Positions 12,700 through 26,395 of a DNA stretch of 64,000 nucleotides are shown piece after piece. Every line of letters begins with the position of its first letter. Positions within the stretch are counted from its first letter, which is position 1. The notes below the pieces were generated by a model. It saw nothing but the letters and a program-made list of their open reading frames with translations. It was not told the DNA's origin and made no database searches. The translations under genes and the position numbers were made by a program. The DNA is from Octopus vulgaris (taxonomy: Eukaryota): contig OX597835.1 in the NCBI GenBank assembly GCA_951406725.2, positions 23,622,001 to 23,686,000 of the forward strand, given 5' to 3'.

Positions 12700-12800
12700 A
12701 GAGAGGGAGCGATTCACCATTTAAGCCAGGGTCTCTTTCCTGCTTTGCACGGAAGTCCGTTTTTCCCGCCGAGCAGTTCAATAAATAGTCTGCAGCAAAG
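12700..12800. promoter_or_regulatory. Candidate housekeeping/cell-cycle promoter (ETS + E2F motifs)
   Basis: CGGAAGT at 12750-12756 next to TTTTCCCGCC at 12761-12770, in unique sequence at the edge of the CpG-depleted left domain. Confidence 0.4.
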
Positions 12801-12846
12801 GTCCTCATCTACAAGTCGTTCCTTACAAGTTCACGGACACACACAC

Positions 12847-12893
<47 letters not shown>

Positions 12894-12899
12894 AAAAAC

Positions 12900-12939
<40 letters not shown>

Positions 12940-12970
12940 CAACACCATCTCTTCGTTGATTTCAGAGGAC

Positions 12971-13385
12971 GGATTTTTTCGGTTTGAACGGCAGTTTTTT
13001 TAACTAATTTCCACGTAACTAAACACTTTTAAACTTTGTATACTGGTTTAATGTGTTTATAAAACATCTTTTTCTCTTGGCTTTATTGAGAAAATTCTAT
13101 AGTTTGTAAGATATTTGTTTTTTTTTTCTTCAATTTCTGCAATTTCAACCAATCAATGACGTCTATTGAGGTGAAAACATTCTGTGCCGTATGAATATGT
13201 CCCTCGTTTAAGAAACAGATTGGGTTTATTTACATTTGTGAAGAAAAAAAGATACCCTTCCCCCCACCCCTAACCCTAACCCTAAAACAGATTGAAATGC
13301 AATAGATCGATACAAGGGTTATAATTATGGGTGACAATTTCATATGACACCGCTAGAAAAAACTGCCGTTCAAACCGAAAAGATC

Positions 13386-13386
<1 letters not shown>
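12971..13386. mobile_element. Merlin-like MITE copy
   Basis: TIR GGAT(C/T)TTTTCGGTTTGAACGGCAGTTTTT...AAAAACTGCCGTTCAAACCGAAAAGATCC; internal (TAACCC)n. Confidence 0.85.
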
Positions 13387-13438
<52 letters not shown>

Positions 13439-13849
13439 ACAATATATATATGTATATATACAACACGCTTCTTTCATGTGCTCAAGTTACCACACAGTGG
13501 GACTGAACCAGGAACCATGTGGTTGGGAAGCAAGCTTCTTACCACGCAGCCACACTTTTTTTAAAAATAACATTGTAGGGTAGGTATGAAAGGTCAGATT
13601 TGGCCAGTGTGAACATAAAACATGTAGAATATTTGGGCCAGAAGAGCACACTTTAAATGCTAAGGGGTTTAAAAACACAAGTGTTGTATCAGATCTACTC
13701 CCACTGCACCACTCTATAGCACACACTTGGCATTTGCCAAACTTTTGTGAATCCATGACCTCCAGGGTGATGGTTATTGTCCAGGTTAAGAACCGCTGGA
13801 CTAGTTCATTAACACCTGTGCATGCTTTGTCAATGCCTGATACCAAGAC

Positions 13850-13990
13850 ACACATTCATTAGATGACATCTTCGACGTACTCAACAATCTTCAAGCGGAA
13901 CAATACTTTCAGAAGCAGCAGTTGAAATCAGAATTACATTTGCAAACGGAATATGCAAACTATCAAGATTCGAGTGAGAAACGTTCCTTG
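13850..13990 (+). pseudogene. Possible decayed Gypsy-type reverse transcriptase fragment
   Basis: Manual translation SLDDIFDVLNNLQAEQYFQKQQLKSELHLQ resembles the Gypsy RT motif IDDLFDQLQGAxYFSKIDLKSGYHQ; short and gapped. Confidence 0.3.
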
Positions 13991-14188
13991 TATTTTTCTC
14001 CTGACTCGCAAAATTTACAATGAAACAGTGATTTGTCCGTCTGCTACCCTTGTGCTGTTTCGATGGCCTTGAACTTTCTCATGCATTAATCCATCGGCCT
14101 GGTCTTATACCTAAATTTTATCGACCTACAAAGGATGAAGAAAATGGTGACCCACATATACATGCAGGGATGTATGTGTTTGTGTATG

Positions 14189-14225
<37 letters not shown>

Positions 14226-14382
14226 GCGCGCACTCACACACACGTATACACATGCATATATAGGTGTATGAGCGTACGATTTGTCAGATACATATAGGGA
14301 AAGATAGTCTCATGCGTGCGCTGAACATATAATTAGACGCATGTAAGACGCGCGCGTATACATACACACGCATACACATTCA

Positions 14383-14416
<34 letters not shown>

Positions 14417-15529
14417 GAGTGACACAGGCATCCATAATTACAGAGAAGCACTCTCTTACACACATATAATTAGAGAGGAAAGCCCACAAAAATATAATTT
14501 TAAAAAAAAAATCAGAAAAATTTCTAAAACAAACATATACATATTTATATAAACTTATGTAGAAAGACGCCCAGAATCACAACACACACACACACACACA
14601 CATATGCATGCGCGCGCACACACACACACACATACACACACGCAGATACACACACACACACATGCAAATGCATGCGCGCACACTTAAGCACATGCACACA
14701 TATATACATGCACGTACACACATACAAATAATTACATAGGAACACGTAATTATATAAGTATATAGATTTCTTACACTGAAATATATTCATATAGATATAC
14801 ACGTTATTACACACACACGCACGCACGCACACACTCGTATACACACACAGATGCACTAAGTCACATACATAGTACGTGAGTGAGATAGAAAGAGACAGAG
14901 ACAGAAAGGCAGACAGAGAGAGGGAGAGAGAAAGTGGGAGAAAGGGACAGAAAGGGAAAAGGGAGAGAAAGAGACAGAGATAAAAAGAGAGTAAGAGAGA
15001 GAAATTGAATACTAAGCTGACAGATATAACTCGAGAGTTTATAAAGAGGTTAGACTTGCATTATAAGGTTGGGCTAAACGTATGATTACTCGTAATTACA
15101 TAAACTCGAGCGCAAATAGAGTTAGATGGAGGGATAAATAGCTGGATGTACGAATAGGAGACAGTTGGTGACACAGAGCTTTTCAGTGGGTCATTTTTGG
15201 TGAAGCCATTCTTCGCCTGTTACATAATTCAGTCACAGTTCTCTCTATGTTAACGTCATTGTTTAATAATAGTGACAGAGAGGGAGAGAGAGATAGACAG
15301 AGAGAGAAAGAGAAAGAGAGAGAGAGAGAGAAAGAGTGATAGACAAAAAAGGATAAAGAATAATGTGAGAGACATACAAAGTGAAAGAGTCGAATCATTC
15401 CAATTGTCTGAGACTTTTGCAATGTGAATAATCGTCTGAATTAAAATAGCTACACATACGCACGCACACGCACACACACACACACGCACAAACTCACACG
15501 CACGCACACACACACACACACACAAACTC

Positions 15530-15572
<43 letters not shown>

Positions 15573-15904
15573 ACTTGGTTGTTGGATTACAATCGAATCG
15601 GCCCCAGTAATATTATTACGTGTAATGTCTGGTAATTGTTTCATCGGACTTGTTTTGCCGAACTGCTATGATTATTAGGGGGCATAAGCAAATCAGCACA
15701 GTCGTCAAACGGTGAGTGATAAACACGCACGCACACACAAGTTTCCGCATAGTTTCCGTCTACCAAATTTAGCGAGTAGATCATTTAGTCGGCCTGGGAC
15801 TATTGCAGAAGACACTTGTCCAAGGTGACGTGCAATAGGACTGAACTTGAGACGTCGTTATTATATACATGCATGCTTACATATATGCACATATAGATAT
15901 AGTG

Positions 15905-16270
15905 AAGGTGCAATGGCTCAGTGGTTAGGGCAGCAGACTCGCGGTTTCGATTCCCAGACCGGGCGTTGTGAGTATTTATTGAGCAAAAACATCTAAAGTT
16001 CCACGAAGCTCCGGCAAGGGGATAGTGGCGAACCCTGCTGTACTCTTTCACCACAACTTTCTCTCACTCTTTCTAACTGTGTCTGTTGTACCTGTATTTC
16101 AAAGGGCCGGCCTTGTCACACTTTATGTCACGCTGAATCTTCCCGAGAACTACGTTAAAGGCACACGTGTCTGTGGAGTGCTCAGTCACTTGCACGTTAA
16201 TTTCACGAGCAGGCTGTTCTGTTGATCGGATCAACTGGAACCCTCGTCGTCGTAACCGACGGAGTGCCAT
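15905..16270 (+). mobile_element. SINE family C, full length
   Basis: tRNA-like head; tail CTCGTCGTCGTAACCGACGGAGTGCC; near-identical to the minus copy 18570-18940. Confidence 0.9.
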
Positions 16271-17248
16271 GACACAGATACATTCATACATACGAATGTA
16301 TGTATGTATGTATACGTTAAGTATCATACATAGATGCATAAATGACTATTAGTGCCTCAAATGTTCGTGTGTGTGTGTGTAAGGCAGTCGCTGACGATGT
16401 CCTAGAGAAGCCATTTTGTGCGCCTTATTATTTTGAAGTCGTCATTATCTTTCATTCACTGAGTTAATCATGATACCAAAGCTCGATTTTCTTCTGTTAA
16501 GACTTCCAGATGAGGACAGAAACATCAAACTGCTTCATTCACCAAATGTCACACATCAGACGAGGTTTCAAGCAGTGAAAATGTTGTTGCAAAGCTAATA
16601 GCAGTGCCTCAGCATTACAACAGCTCCCGAATTGAAACTGGTGAGGTGGGGAAGAACAAGGAGAAAATGAGTAGAAAAAGCGCTTTTCTTTGGAACATCG
16701 TTGGCACATCGTTGGCGACTGCGCTTGTCCTTGTCTCTGTAAGGTTAAATGTTTGTATCAATTATATTTGTATAATCTGTTGTGTCTGGGGAGAATCCTT
16801 TTCTTTTTGTGCCTTATAATTTAACACACCCACCGGTAAAATTTCCACTTATTTCTTATTTTTATTTTCCTAGAAATTATAAATTATAAAGCACAAAAAG
16901 AAAATGACTTTCCCCAGACACAACAGAATATTCTTCAACACACGAACTCACATAAAGAATCTTGCAAACCAAATCCCAAAACGAAATATTTGTATTAGCT
17001 TTGCTTCTACTCGCCTTTGTGGACGATGTTGCTTCGTTTTATTACTTGTAGACCTTGACACTCCAATTACCTTTATATTAACGAACTTGTTCTATCTCTC
17101 CTTGATTGACAACTTGCAGACACACCCATCATAAATTTCATATATGGTAACACCTCGGAACGAGGTGACTCGGGTACAGAATGCAAAAGAGCTGCAACAA
17201 ACAGCAGAATATCGATATCCATCGTTTTCGATCATTTATGAGGCGAAC

Positions 17249-17530
17249 GGATCTTTTCGGTTTGAACGGCAGTTTTTTCTAGCGGTGTCATATGAAATTG
17301 TCACCCATAATTATGACCCTAGTATCGATCTATTGCATTTCAATTTGTTTTAGGGTTAGGGTTAGAGTTAGGGATGAGGGGAAGGGTATCTTTTTTTCTT
17401 CAGAAATGTAAATAAATCCAATCTGTTTTTTAAACGAGGGACATATTCATACGGCACAGAATGTTTTCACCTCAATAGACGTCATTGATTGGTTGAAATT
17501 GCAGAAAAAAACAAATATCTTACAAACTAC
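17249..17530. mobile_element. Merlin-like MITE, truncated, opposite orientation
   Basis: One TIR at 17249; (TTAGGG)n at ~17350. Confidence 0.8.
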
Positions 17531-17712
17531 CTCCTAACCGAGTTTTTCCACCAGGAACCTTTCGTAACGCCTCCCCCTATTAGGAGTTTTTCGTTGTTAC
17601 ACTGTTTTTACACGGTTTTTTACAAACGGACAAAACCCTTTGTAACCTTTCGTCTTGTTTTGTCCCTTTATGTTATAATTAATTTTCTCAGCCCTTGTGG
17701 CCAATAAAAGAA
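17530..17712 (+). mobile_element. Probable LINE 3' UTR with a tail like SINE B and Tx1
   Basis: CTTGTTTTGTCCCTTTATGTT...CAGCCCTTGTGGCCAATAAAAGAA. Confidence 0.45.
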
Positions 17713-18569
17713 TTAATTATTATTATGATTATAATTGAGTGAGAGAGCAGTGCATGCCATCAAAGTGACACTGGGGTAAAATATACGAAGTCATGTATAC
17801 CCATCATGACTACTCGTCTGATAAGGGTACACCAGGCACATGCATCACAACCATAAGTGCGCGACATGGTGATCTTATATCAAGGTAAACAGTGTATGAC
17901 CTTGCAGATTAGAATTTTCTTCAGGTCGACTAGCTCATCCCGCTCAAATGGTCCCTGAATAAGGGTTGTTTAAGGATATTGAACGAAACACTTACGTTTC
18001 CAGAGGTGAATTATTCAAACTCCAAAGAATTCCTCTCAACACATGGCTAGAGTGCTCCCCCACTACGTCTGCTTGTGATCAGAGATGCACAGATCGTCAG
18101 CCACTAAAGGACATGCTCAACTGGTTATGGGCAAACAACTGACAAGCAAATCTGTGGTATTGAGCAGAATATTTGCTGTAGTCCATCTTTTATACCAAGA
18201 CAAAGCAATGTACATGATAATACTTCCAATCAGTTAAGATCAGAAACCATGAGAGCCAGTGCCTGGTACTGCATTAAAGCACTCCTCCCCCTCATCCTCC
18301 TCGTCGTCGTTTATATGTGAGTACTCAACAGCGGGAGGGTGAATAAATAATTCGATTCAATAGAACTTCTGTCCCCAAGGTTTCCTGCTGACAGAAATCG
18401 GCCTTTATTCTGCCAGAATTCAAATTCTGATACTCCACCATTGTAGTTGACTATAGAGGATTGTCGTCTGTGATTTTAATTCTGGCTGAATAAACCTTGA
18501 TTTCTGTCACCATGAAACCTTTGAGGTCCAGACAAGTAAGGAACATTGTGTGTATATAAACATTGGAAG

Positions 18570-18940
18570 GAAGCACTCCGTCGGTTACGACGACGAGGGT
18601 TCCGGTTGATCCGAATGAACGGAACAGCCTGCTCGTGAAATTAACGTGTAAGTGGCTGAGCACTCCACAGACACGTGTACCCTTAACGTAGTTCTCGGGG
18701 ATATTCAGCGTGACACAGAGTGACAAGGCCGGCCCTTTGAAATACAGGTACAACAGAAACAGGAAGTAAGAGTGAGAGAAAGTTGTGGTGAAAGAGTACA
18801 GCAGGGATCACTACCATCCCCTGCCGGAGCCTCGTGGAACTTTTAGGTGTTTTCGCTCAATAAACACTCACAACGCCCGGTCTGGAAATCGAAACCGCGA
18901 TCCTATGACCGCGAGTCCGCTGCCCTAACCACTGGGCCAT
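18570..18940 (-). mobile_element. SINE family C, full length (partial tail also at ~63945-64000)
   Basis: Reverse complement of 15905-16270. Confidence 0.9.
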
Positions 18941-19328
18941 ACACTCACGCGCACACACTTATTTGACGCGTGACAATAAAAGAGCGGGGTAGAAAGAGTT
19001 CCAGCGTGTTTTTAAAGTGGGTGTGATCGATAGACACATATATTTACATACATGGATGGTTATGGTTTCGATTTCCAGATATGGCGATGCAGTGGATTCT
19101 TGAGCGAGACACTCCTCATGTTATTCAAGTCCAGTGACGCCTCGTAAAAAAAATTAGTTGGGGTGCTGCTTCAGAAAATGTTTAGCCGTTGTTTTAATAT
19201 TATGTAAAAGGAAACAAACGTATAAAAAGTAATTTCCATCGGCCATAGTACTCGATAAGCATTTTATCCAGTTTGCTAACAATTCTGCCCGCTCGCCACT
19301 TTCTGCATCGGCAAATAGTAATGCAAAG

Positions 19329-19938
19329 GGATCTTTTCGGTTTGAACGGCAGTTTTTAATTTCCACGTAACTAAACACTTTTAAACTTCGTATACTGGTA
19401 GAATGTATTTATAAAACATCTTTTCTCTTGGTTTTATTGAGAAAATTCTATAGTTTGTAAGATATTTGTTGTTGTTTTTTCTCTTCAATTTCTGCAATTT
19501 CAACCTATCAATGACGTCTATTGAGGTGAAAACATTGTGCCGTATGAATATGTCCCTAGTTTAAGAAACAGATACTGGTAGAATGTGTTTATAAAACATC
19601 TTTTCCTCTTGGTTTTATTGAGAAAATTCTATGGTTTGTAAGATATTTGTTGTTGTTTTTTCTCTTCAATTTCTGCAATTTCAACCAATCAATGACGTCT
19701 ATTAAGGTGAAAACATTCTGTGCCGTATGAATATGTCCCTCGTTTAAGAAACAGATTGGGTTTATTTACATTTGTGAAGAAAAAAAGATACCCTCCCCCC
19801 ACCCCTAACCCTAACCCTAACTAACCCTAACCCTAAAACAGATCGAAATGCAATAGATCGATACTAGGGTCATAATTATGGGTGACAATTTCATATGACA
19901 CCGCTAGAAAAAAACTGCCGTTCAAACCGAAAAGATCC
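19329..19938. mobile_element. Merlin-like MITE with 8-bp TSD and internal ~180-bp duplication
   Basis: TSD ATGCAAAG at 19321-19328 and 19939-19946; GG...CC termini; ATACTGGTAGAATG... block repeated at ~19393 and ~19572. Confidence 0.9.
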
Positions 19939-20069
19939 ATGCAAAGCGTTGAAACAGTTGAATAACTTTTTACACGGTAATCTTCAGGCTCGATAAAAAT
20001 AAGTACAAATCCCCTCTCCACACATCGCCAAAAGGAAAAAGCAAAGTGGCGTTGTGCCTGTTCGAGAAA

Positions 20070-20440
20070 TCGTCCCCTACACTCGTCGCCCTTGTGGTAA
20101 TAAAGGAAAAAGATTATTATCGACTTAAGGGCTTGTGTCGAACAGCTGCTATCGCGTGCAGGTCGGATCTGGTTATCAACTAGCTCTATTGTCAAGTCTG
20201 ACACGCTACCTTCCTCTGGCAAGAAAGGGTTGCTAGTTTTCATCTGCCTGGTGGCTATAGCGAAGCAAATGTGTGGTGTAGGCGCAGTTAACGGGTTTCT
20301 GGACGGAGCTTTTCCTTTCTGGATAAGTCCGCATCAACTCTTTCAAGTATCATATAAAAAGGAGGGTGAAAGTAGAGAGAGATAGTCGCTGTCTTCCAGT
20401 GTATTTTATGATAGACGGTTGTCTAAAAGCTAGAATGAAC
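20070..20440 (+). pseudogene. Decayed L1/Tx1-clade ORF2 C-terminal fragment
   Basis: Manual translation VEQLLSRAGRIWLSTSSIVKSDTLPSSGKKGLLVFICLVAIAKQ...FKYHIKRRVKVER, with frameshifts; resembles the Tx1 region after the zinc knuckle. Confidence 0.55.
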
Positions 20441-20525
20441 GAGGTGATGCAGCCCTACTACGACTGAAAACGCGGAGTAAGAAACTTTCAAGGCCTTCCC
20501 TGAATCATTCTAGGTGGTTTTCTCT

Positions 20526-20527
<2 letters not shown>

Positions 20528-20612
<85 letters not shown>

Positions 20613-20656
20613 ATGTATGTCTGTCTGTCTGTCTGCCTGCCTGCCTGCCTGCCTGC

Positions 20657-20694
<38 letters not shown>

Positions 20695-20715
20695 GTCTAT
20701 CTATCTATCGGTCTG

Positions 20716-20759
<44 letters not shown>

Positions 20760-20801
20760 AGTATATTCGCAAGTACACACATACACACACACACACACAA
20801 A

Positions 20802-20900
<99 letters not shown>
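20528..20900. repeat. (CT)n-(TATC)n-(CA)n microsatellite block
   Basis: Visible directly. Confidence 0.95.
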
Positions 20901-21268
20901 GCATATGCCTTCCCTTTCCTAATATCTGAAAACAATAACAAAAATTTTTGTCAGTTTCATTTGTCTGTTTTCTGTCCTGAACATTGGAAACACGAAAACC
21001 TCAATTGTTTTGTTTCGTTCAAGTATTGTTGTTCCTCAAGTCTTCGTCTTGTACTAAATAAAGAAAACATTATAATTATTCATTATTATCATTATTATTA
21101 TTTAATTAATAAACGTGGAAACTTCGACATTAAGTTGTTATTTATTTTCTATTTTCTGTCTGTAAATTCGGACATTTACTGCCAAAGGGAGTTTTTGCTT
21201 TTATTTTCTAATAAACGTAAACATTTAAATACATACATGCATGTATTTTTTCTTTTATTTCTTTATGC

Positions 21269-21316
<48 letters not shown>

Positions 21317-21437
21317 ATCATGTATATGTATATAATACTCACACGCAAAAACATACGCAAGACAAAGGCATAGAATGAAACAGTTGAAATATATACACAT
21401 AATATTTACACCACTCATTAACTCTCTCTCTCTTTTG

Positions 21438-21478
<41 letters not shown>

Positions 21479-21544
21479 CTAACTGCAAATATACACAGTG
21501 TCCCATATATATTTTACTACAAACATACAAAGGCTTACATACGT

Positions 21545-21590
<46 letters not shown>

Positions 21591-23025
21591 CTTTGTATAC
21601 ACACACGCACATCTTACTGTATACACAAGATTACATACACTCTCTCTCTCTTTGATACATACACACATACACTTTACTGTACACACACACACACAATCAT
21701 ACATGGTTTGTCTAGGAAGGCTTATAATTAACATACATCACAACATTTCACACGCCAAGTACACATGCAATCACCTACACAACGCATCACAACAAATGAC
21801 CCAACGAGAGAAGGAGCCTCCGTACGGTCACTCATCGTGCTAAAAACAGCAGCCAGGTTCTCTCTTAAATCACAGCGTATCACCATCTTCACAGGAAAGG
21901 AAGACCACAGTAATAAATGAAACGCCTTTGTTTATAGGACTCCTGACCTGGGGCTAAACAACATCATCACCATCATCAACACCGAGAAAATTAACACTAA
22001 GCAATCACATATAGAACTCCCCTTTATAAACAACACACACACATACATTGTGCACCTTATACATACACTCCGTATATACATGCTACACACATGTCCATTC
22101 CTTTTGGCACCAGCGAGTGCATTCATATATCCTACGAGCAAAACGCCCCTCGTCCAATGGACGGTACTGAGTTGTCGAACATTTAAACCAAATTTTCTCA
22201 AAACAACTTGTCCGACCGTCCCATAGGCCTCCCCTTCGAGAAACACTGATTTAACCTAAATTAGAGACACCAGCAAAAGAAGAAATAAAGATAGAATTTT
22301 TTCTGTTCCAAAGGAAAACGATTTTACTCACATGAATATGCAACCGAAGAGTTTAAAGTACCAGTAATAAGGCTGTCGACTGGGAGAACACAAACATGGT
22401 TTAAACAGTAAGCTTGGCAGGAAAGAAACGTGCCTTTAAGCAGTACAAAAACAACAAAAAATGGAAGGTGCAGTTATGTACAGGTTGACGGAAGAAAAAC
22501 AGGACAAAAACGGCTTTATCGATCGCATTCTGACCTGGAATCAATTTTTGTAATTTTTTCAAGACTTATACACGCCCTGATACCGTCGGTATCTACATAT
22601 CAAATTTGAGCGCAATCGGATGGAGGATGCCCGAGATCCTAGAAGACACACACACAGACAGAACGGATTTTATATAATAGATTATAAATTTGTGTGATGG
22701 AGGATGGATGAAAATTTGAAAAACATATATATACACACACACGACGGGCTTCTTTCAGTTTCCGTCTACCAAATCCACTCAAAAGGTTTTTGTTGAGACC
22801 CAAGGTGCTACGCAGTAAGGGACTGAACCCGGAACCATGCGTTTGAGAAGCGAACTTCTAACCATACGGTCGATGTGTGTGCACACGCGCGTATCTTTGT
22901 GTTTTGTGCTTCTTCCCTCACATTTGATAACCTATGTTAGTTTGTTTTACGGGGACGTGACTTAGAGGTCCTACAAAAGAAACTGATAAAATAAGTACCA
23001 GACAAACAATTAAAGAAGAATATAT

Positions 23026-23260
23026 GGATCTTTACCTTTTGACCGACAGATTTAAAAAATAATTTTTTGTAACTAAACACTTTAAAACTTCGGACACTGA
23101 TAGAATGTGTCATATAAAACACCTTTTACTCTTAGCATTTTTGAGAAAAGCTTATATTTAGGAAGTTATTTCACGTTAAAGTTCTCGTATTTCGGTAATT
23201 TCAACCAATCAATGACGTGTATTCAGCTGAATAAAATTACTGCCGTTGTTTGTCAACAAC
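23026..23260. mobile_element. Divergent subfamily of the Merlin-like MITE (one end)
   Basis: GGATCTTTACCTTTTGACCGACAGATTT followed by the same GTAACTAAACACTTT and TTTCAACCAATCAATGACGT blocks. Confidence 0.65.
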
Positions 23261-23811
23261 AACTATCGATGTTTTTATTTTGAACAAAAACACTTCATCT
23301 CATGTTGTTCTACGATTTCTTCAACACATGACACGTGGTATACAATGCGCCTGTGCAGGCAAAGTTGATTTCATAGAAGGAGTGAGCTTAATGTACGGCA
23401 CATACGTTTAATCGCTATTAAATTTGTGCAGGTCGTTCGGTAACAGCTGAACAACTTATACGTCGTCTTCGATGGGCGTCAGTTAACAAGCGACTTTAAA
23501 CTAATGGTTAAATAAAGTCGCTTATTAACTGACGCTTAACTTGTAAAAACTTTTAACTATGGTTTTTATTTTATATTTAAAAGTGAAATGGGGTTCTTTT
23601 CCTGTCTTTATTTCTATTTACCTTATAATGCTTTCTGTTCGTAGCCTTTCGCTTGTGGTTTTTAAACGTTCATTTATCGTGGTCGCAAGCAGACATAAAC
23701 ATCCTCTCGAATAAGTCACCTTCGACCTAACGGGACATCTGTGACGTGACAGGTGATGGTGGCGGTGTAAATTGGGGAGGAGGGAGTTACACTATAACAC
23801 TTGAGACTGGT

Positions 23812-23854
<43 letters not shown>

Positions 23855-23864
23855 GTGTGTGTAT

Positions 23865-23926
<62 letters not shown>

Positions 23927-23927
<1 letters not shown>

Positions 23928-24432
23928 TAGCAGCATAGCCCGGCGTTGCCCGGGTATGTAAGAGCCCCTAGTAGGCAACGACTAATCCCAATCTAGTCCT
24001 TTCCCTCTAATTTCCTGCCAATTTGTGAAAGATATTGTCGAAAATATGTCATCTTGAATTTGAACGCGATTTCCCAAAATGGCATGATTTTATCGATTTT
24101 TTCTGATGGTAAGGTATTGCATGGAAAACTAACGTCAGAATTAAGTTTCTTAGGGTAACATTAAGCTTCACCATGAGTTTGGTGAAAATCGATTGCAAGT
24201 TGCGAAAACTACAACAGAAAATGTGTTGCATATAAAAAGCTTAGATTCTCGACCCCATGTCGAATTTATCGATTTCTTTCAGAGCTGGGGGAACTTTTCA
24301 AAATTTTCGCTGCGTTAGTTTTGAATTACGACATTGGGCTATGTGTGTGTCAAGTTTCATCAGAATCGGTTGAAAGCTGTGGTCAGGGTGAGGGTACAAC
24401 CTGACAGACACACAGACAGACAAACTGCCGTA
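23927..24432 (-). mobile_element. Non-autonomous Helitron (related 5' fragment ~22540-22682)
   Basis: Minus-strand 3' end: hairpin CCCGGGCAACGCCGGG, 8 nt, then CTAG|T; 5' end with (TCTG)n running into (TA)n. Confidence 0.75.
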
Positions 24433-24479
24433 TATATATATATATATATATATATGTGTATGTATGTATGTATTTATAT

Positions 24480-25017
24480 ATATAATTAATTAATAAGGGT
24501 GAGAGAATTAGATACTAATTTAATAGTATACCTATTCAACACCAAGTGGCCCAGTGCTCCGAGAAACCTGGATTATTATAATATTTTATACAAAAATAAA
24601 TATAAGAGAGTGGTCACTATGTGGCTCACTCTAGCACTAGTAAATCCAAAAGGTTTCAACCACAAAAATACATGTTTCCCACAAGTGGCCCAGTGCTCCG
24701 AGAAACCTGGATTATTATAATATTTTATAATATATTATAATATTTTATACAAAAATAAATATAAGAGAGTGGTCACTATGTGGCTCACTCTAGCACTAGT
24801 AAATCCAAAAGGTTTCAACCACAAAAATACATGTTTCCCATGAAAGTCAGTACGATTGTTAGCTCACACGAACAGGGCAAATAAAAAATAACAAAAATAC
24901 AGATTATTTTGGGACAATTGTTTCGCTATTAATGAACATGGGAAACATGTATTTTTGTGGTTGAAACCTTTTGGATTTACTAGTGCTAGAGTGAGCCACA
25001 TAGTGACCACTCTCTTA

Positions 25018-25022
<5 letters not shown>
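24480..25022. mobile_element. Direct plus inverted repeat element between (TA)n, Penelope pseudo-LTR-like
   Basis: ~140-bp direct repeats (24543-24680, 24682-24840); inverted copy 24937-25022; minus-strand GCGAAACAATTGTC (hammerhead 3' half) at 24913-24926. Confidence 0.65.
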
Positions 25023-25060
<38 letters not shown>

Positions 25061-25243
25061 GTAATGGTAAGACAACAAAAGAATGAAAGAGACCTCGAAT
25101 TTATCTGTAATATAATATGCCGGTGCAGGTTTCCACCACGACATCCGAAACTCAGAGTTTTATTATGGCAACCGAATAATTGTTACATATTATATTATAT
25201 TATATTATATTATATTATATTATATATATTATATTATATTATA

Positions 25244-25285
<42 letters not shown>

Positions 25286-25289
<4 letters not shown>

Positions 25290-25532
25290 ATCACCCATAA
25301 ATAATGCGGTTATTTTATACAAAGTTCTTTTTAAATCTAAAATATACTCTCCTTCATTTTCTACAATGCTCTTCCATCTATCTGGTAGACCTGCAAGGCC
25401 CCTCTTCCAAAATTCACTTGTCCATGACGAAAAATACTCCTCCAGTACTATTCTGACCTCATCTACAGAATTCATATTTTCCCGTCCAAATGATTTTGAA
25501 GACGGTGGAAGAAATGGTAATTAGATGGGGCA
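25286..25532 (-). pseudogene. mariner transposase C-terminal fragment with 3' end
   Basis: APSNYHFFHRLQNHLDGK, frameshift, then EEYFSSWTSEFWKRGLAGLPDRWKSIVENEGEYILD; ends at TA. Confidence 0.85.
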
Positions 25533-25579
25533 TGTCAAATTATGCATTTTTCACCATCCACATGATTAAACAGACTTCT

Positions 25580-25960
25580 AGATGCGGTCATCTCATAGAA
25601 GGATCCTACGAACCTCCGTGACAAGAGAACCAGCAGTCATGTCGACTCTATGGAAAACCCTGGCTCTGGGCAGCTTATATTTCTGTTCACAGCTTTGGTC
25701 TCCTAATTCATCCGGTCTCATAGAAAAAGTGAAGGGTTACAAAGATCGTTCACCAGTAAAATACCTTTGGTTAAAAGCCTTAATTACTGGGAACGCCTGA
25801 AAGCTCTACGTCTCTACTCTCTTGAACGTCGAAGATAGAGATGTACTATTCATATACGCATGGAAAATCCTGGAGAGGCATGTTCCAAACTTCGGCATTA
25901 GAGAGAATTTTAATGCACGAACTGGTAGATATTGTTAGCTTCCAAATATACCACCTTCGA
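25580..25960 (+). pseudogene. CR1/L2-group LINE ORF2 post-RT fragment
   Basis: ILRTSVTREPAVMSTLWKTLALGSLYFCSQLWSP...LNYWERLKALRLYSLERRR*...IYAWKILE, with stops and frameshifts. Confidence 0.8.
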
Positions 25961-26395
25961 AATCCTGTGTGGGGTTTGAAGACCAACTGCACACCACATA
26001 GAATCAAGTGACGAGTCGTAGAGAAATCCATGTGATATGTAAATGGATCTAAGAAATGCAAGTAATGCTTAGCTGAAAGATGGCTCGTTCGTTTTAGATC
26101 CAAGAATTCAAATGCACTACTTAATACTAGATCCGAAACTTTCAGTAAACGAAAGGATATGGACAAATTTCTTCTGGCGAACTGAAGGACACCACCCTTT
26201 CTAGATTGAACGGGTGTTTCGCTAATTTTGGACCCCTCTCCGTTGAATTATTCTATAACCTTGGTTCCTAAACTGGGGTCCGCGAAGGGCTCGCCAATTT
26301 TCAGATTTATAATGTTCAAATTTATAATGTTCTCTGTGGCTTTATCGATCAGTGCGGGGTTATGGGCATAACAAGTCTAAACAGGATTGGGAATT

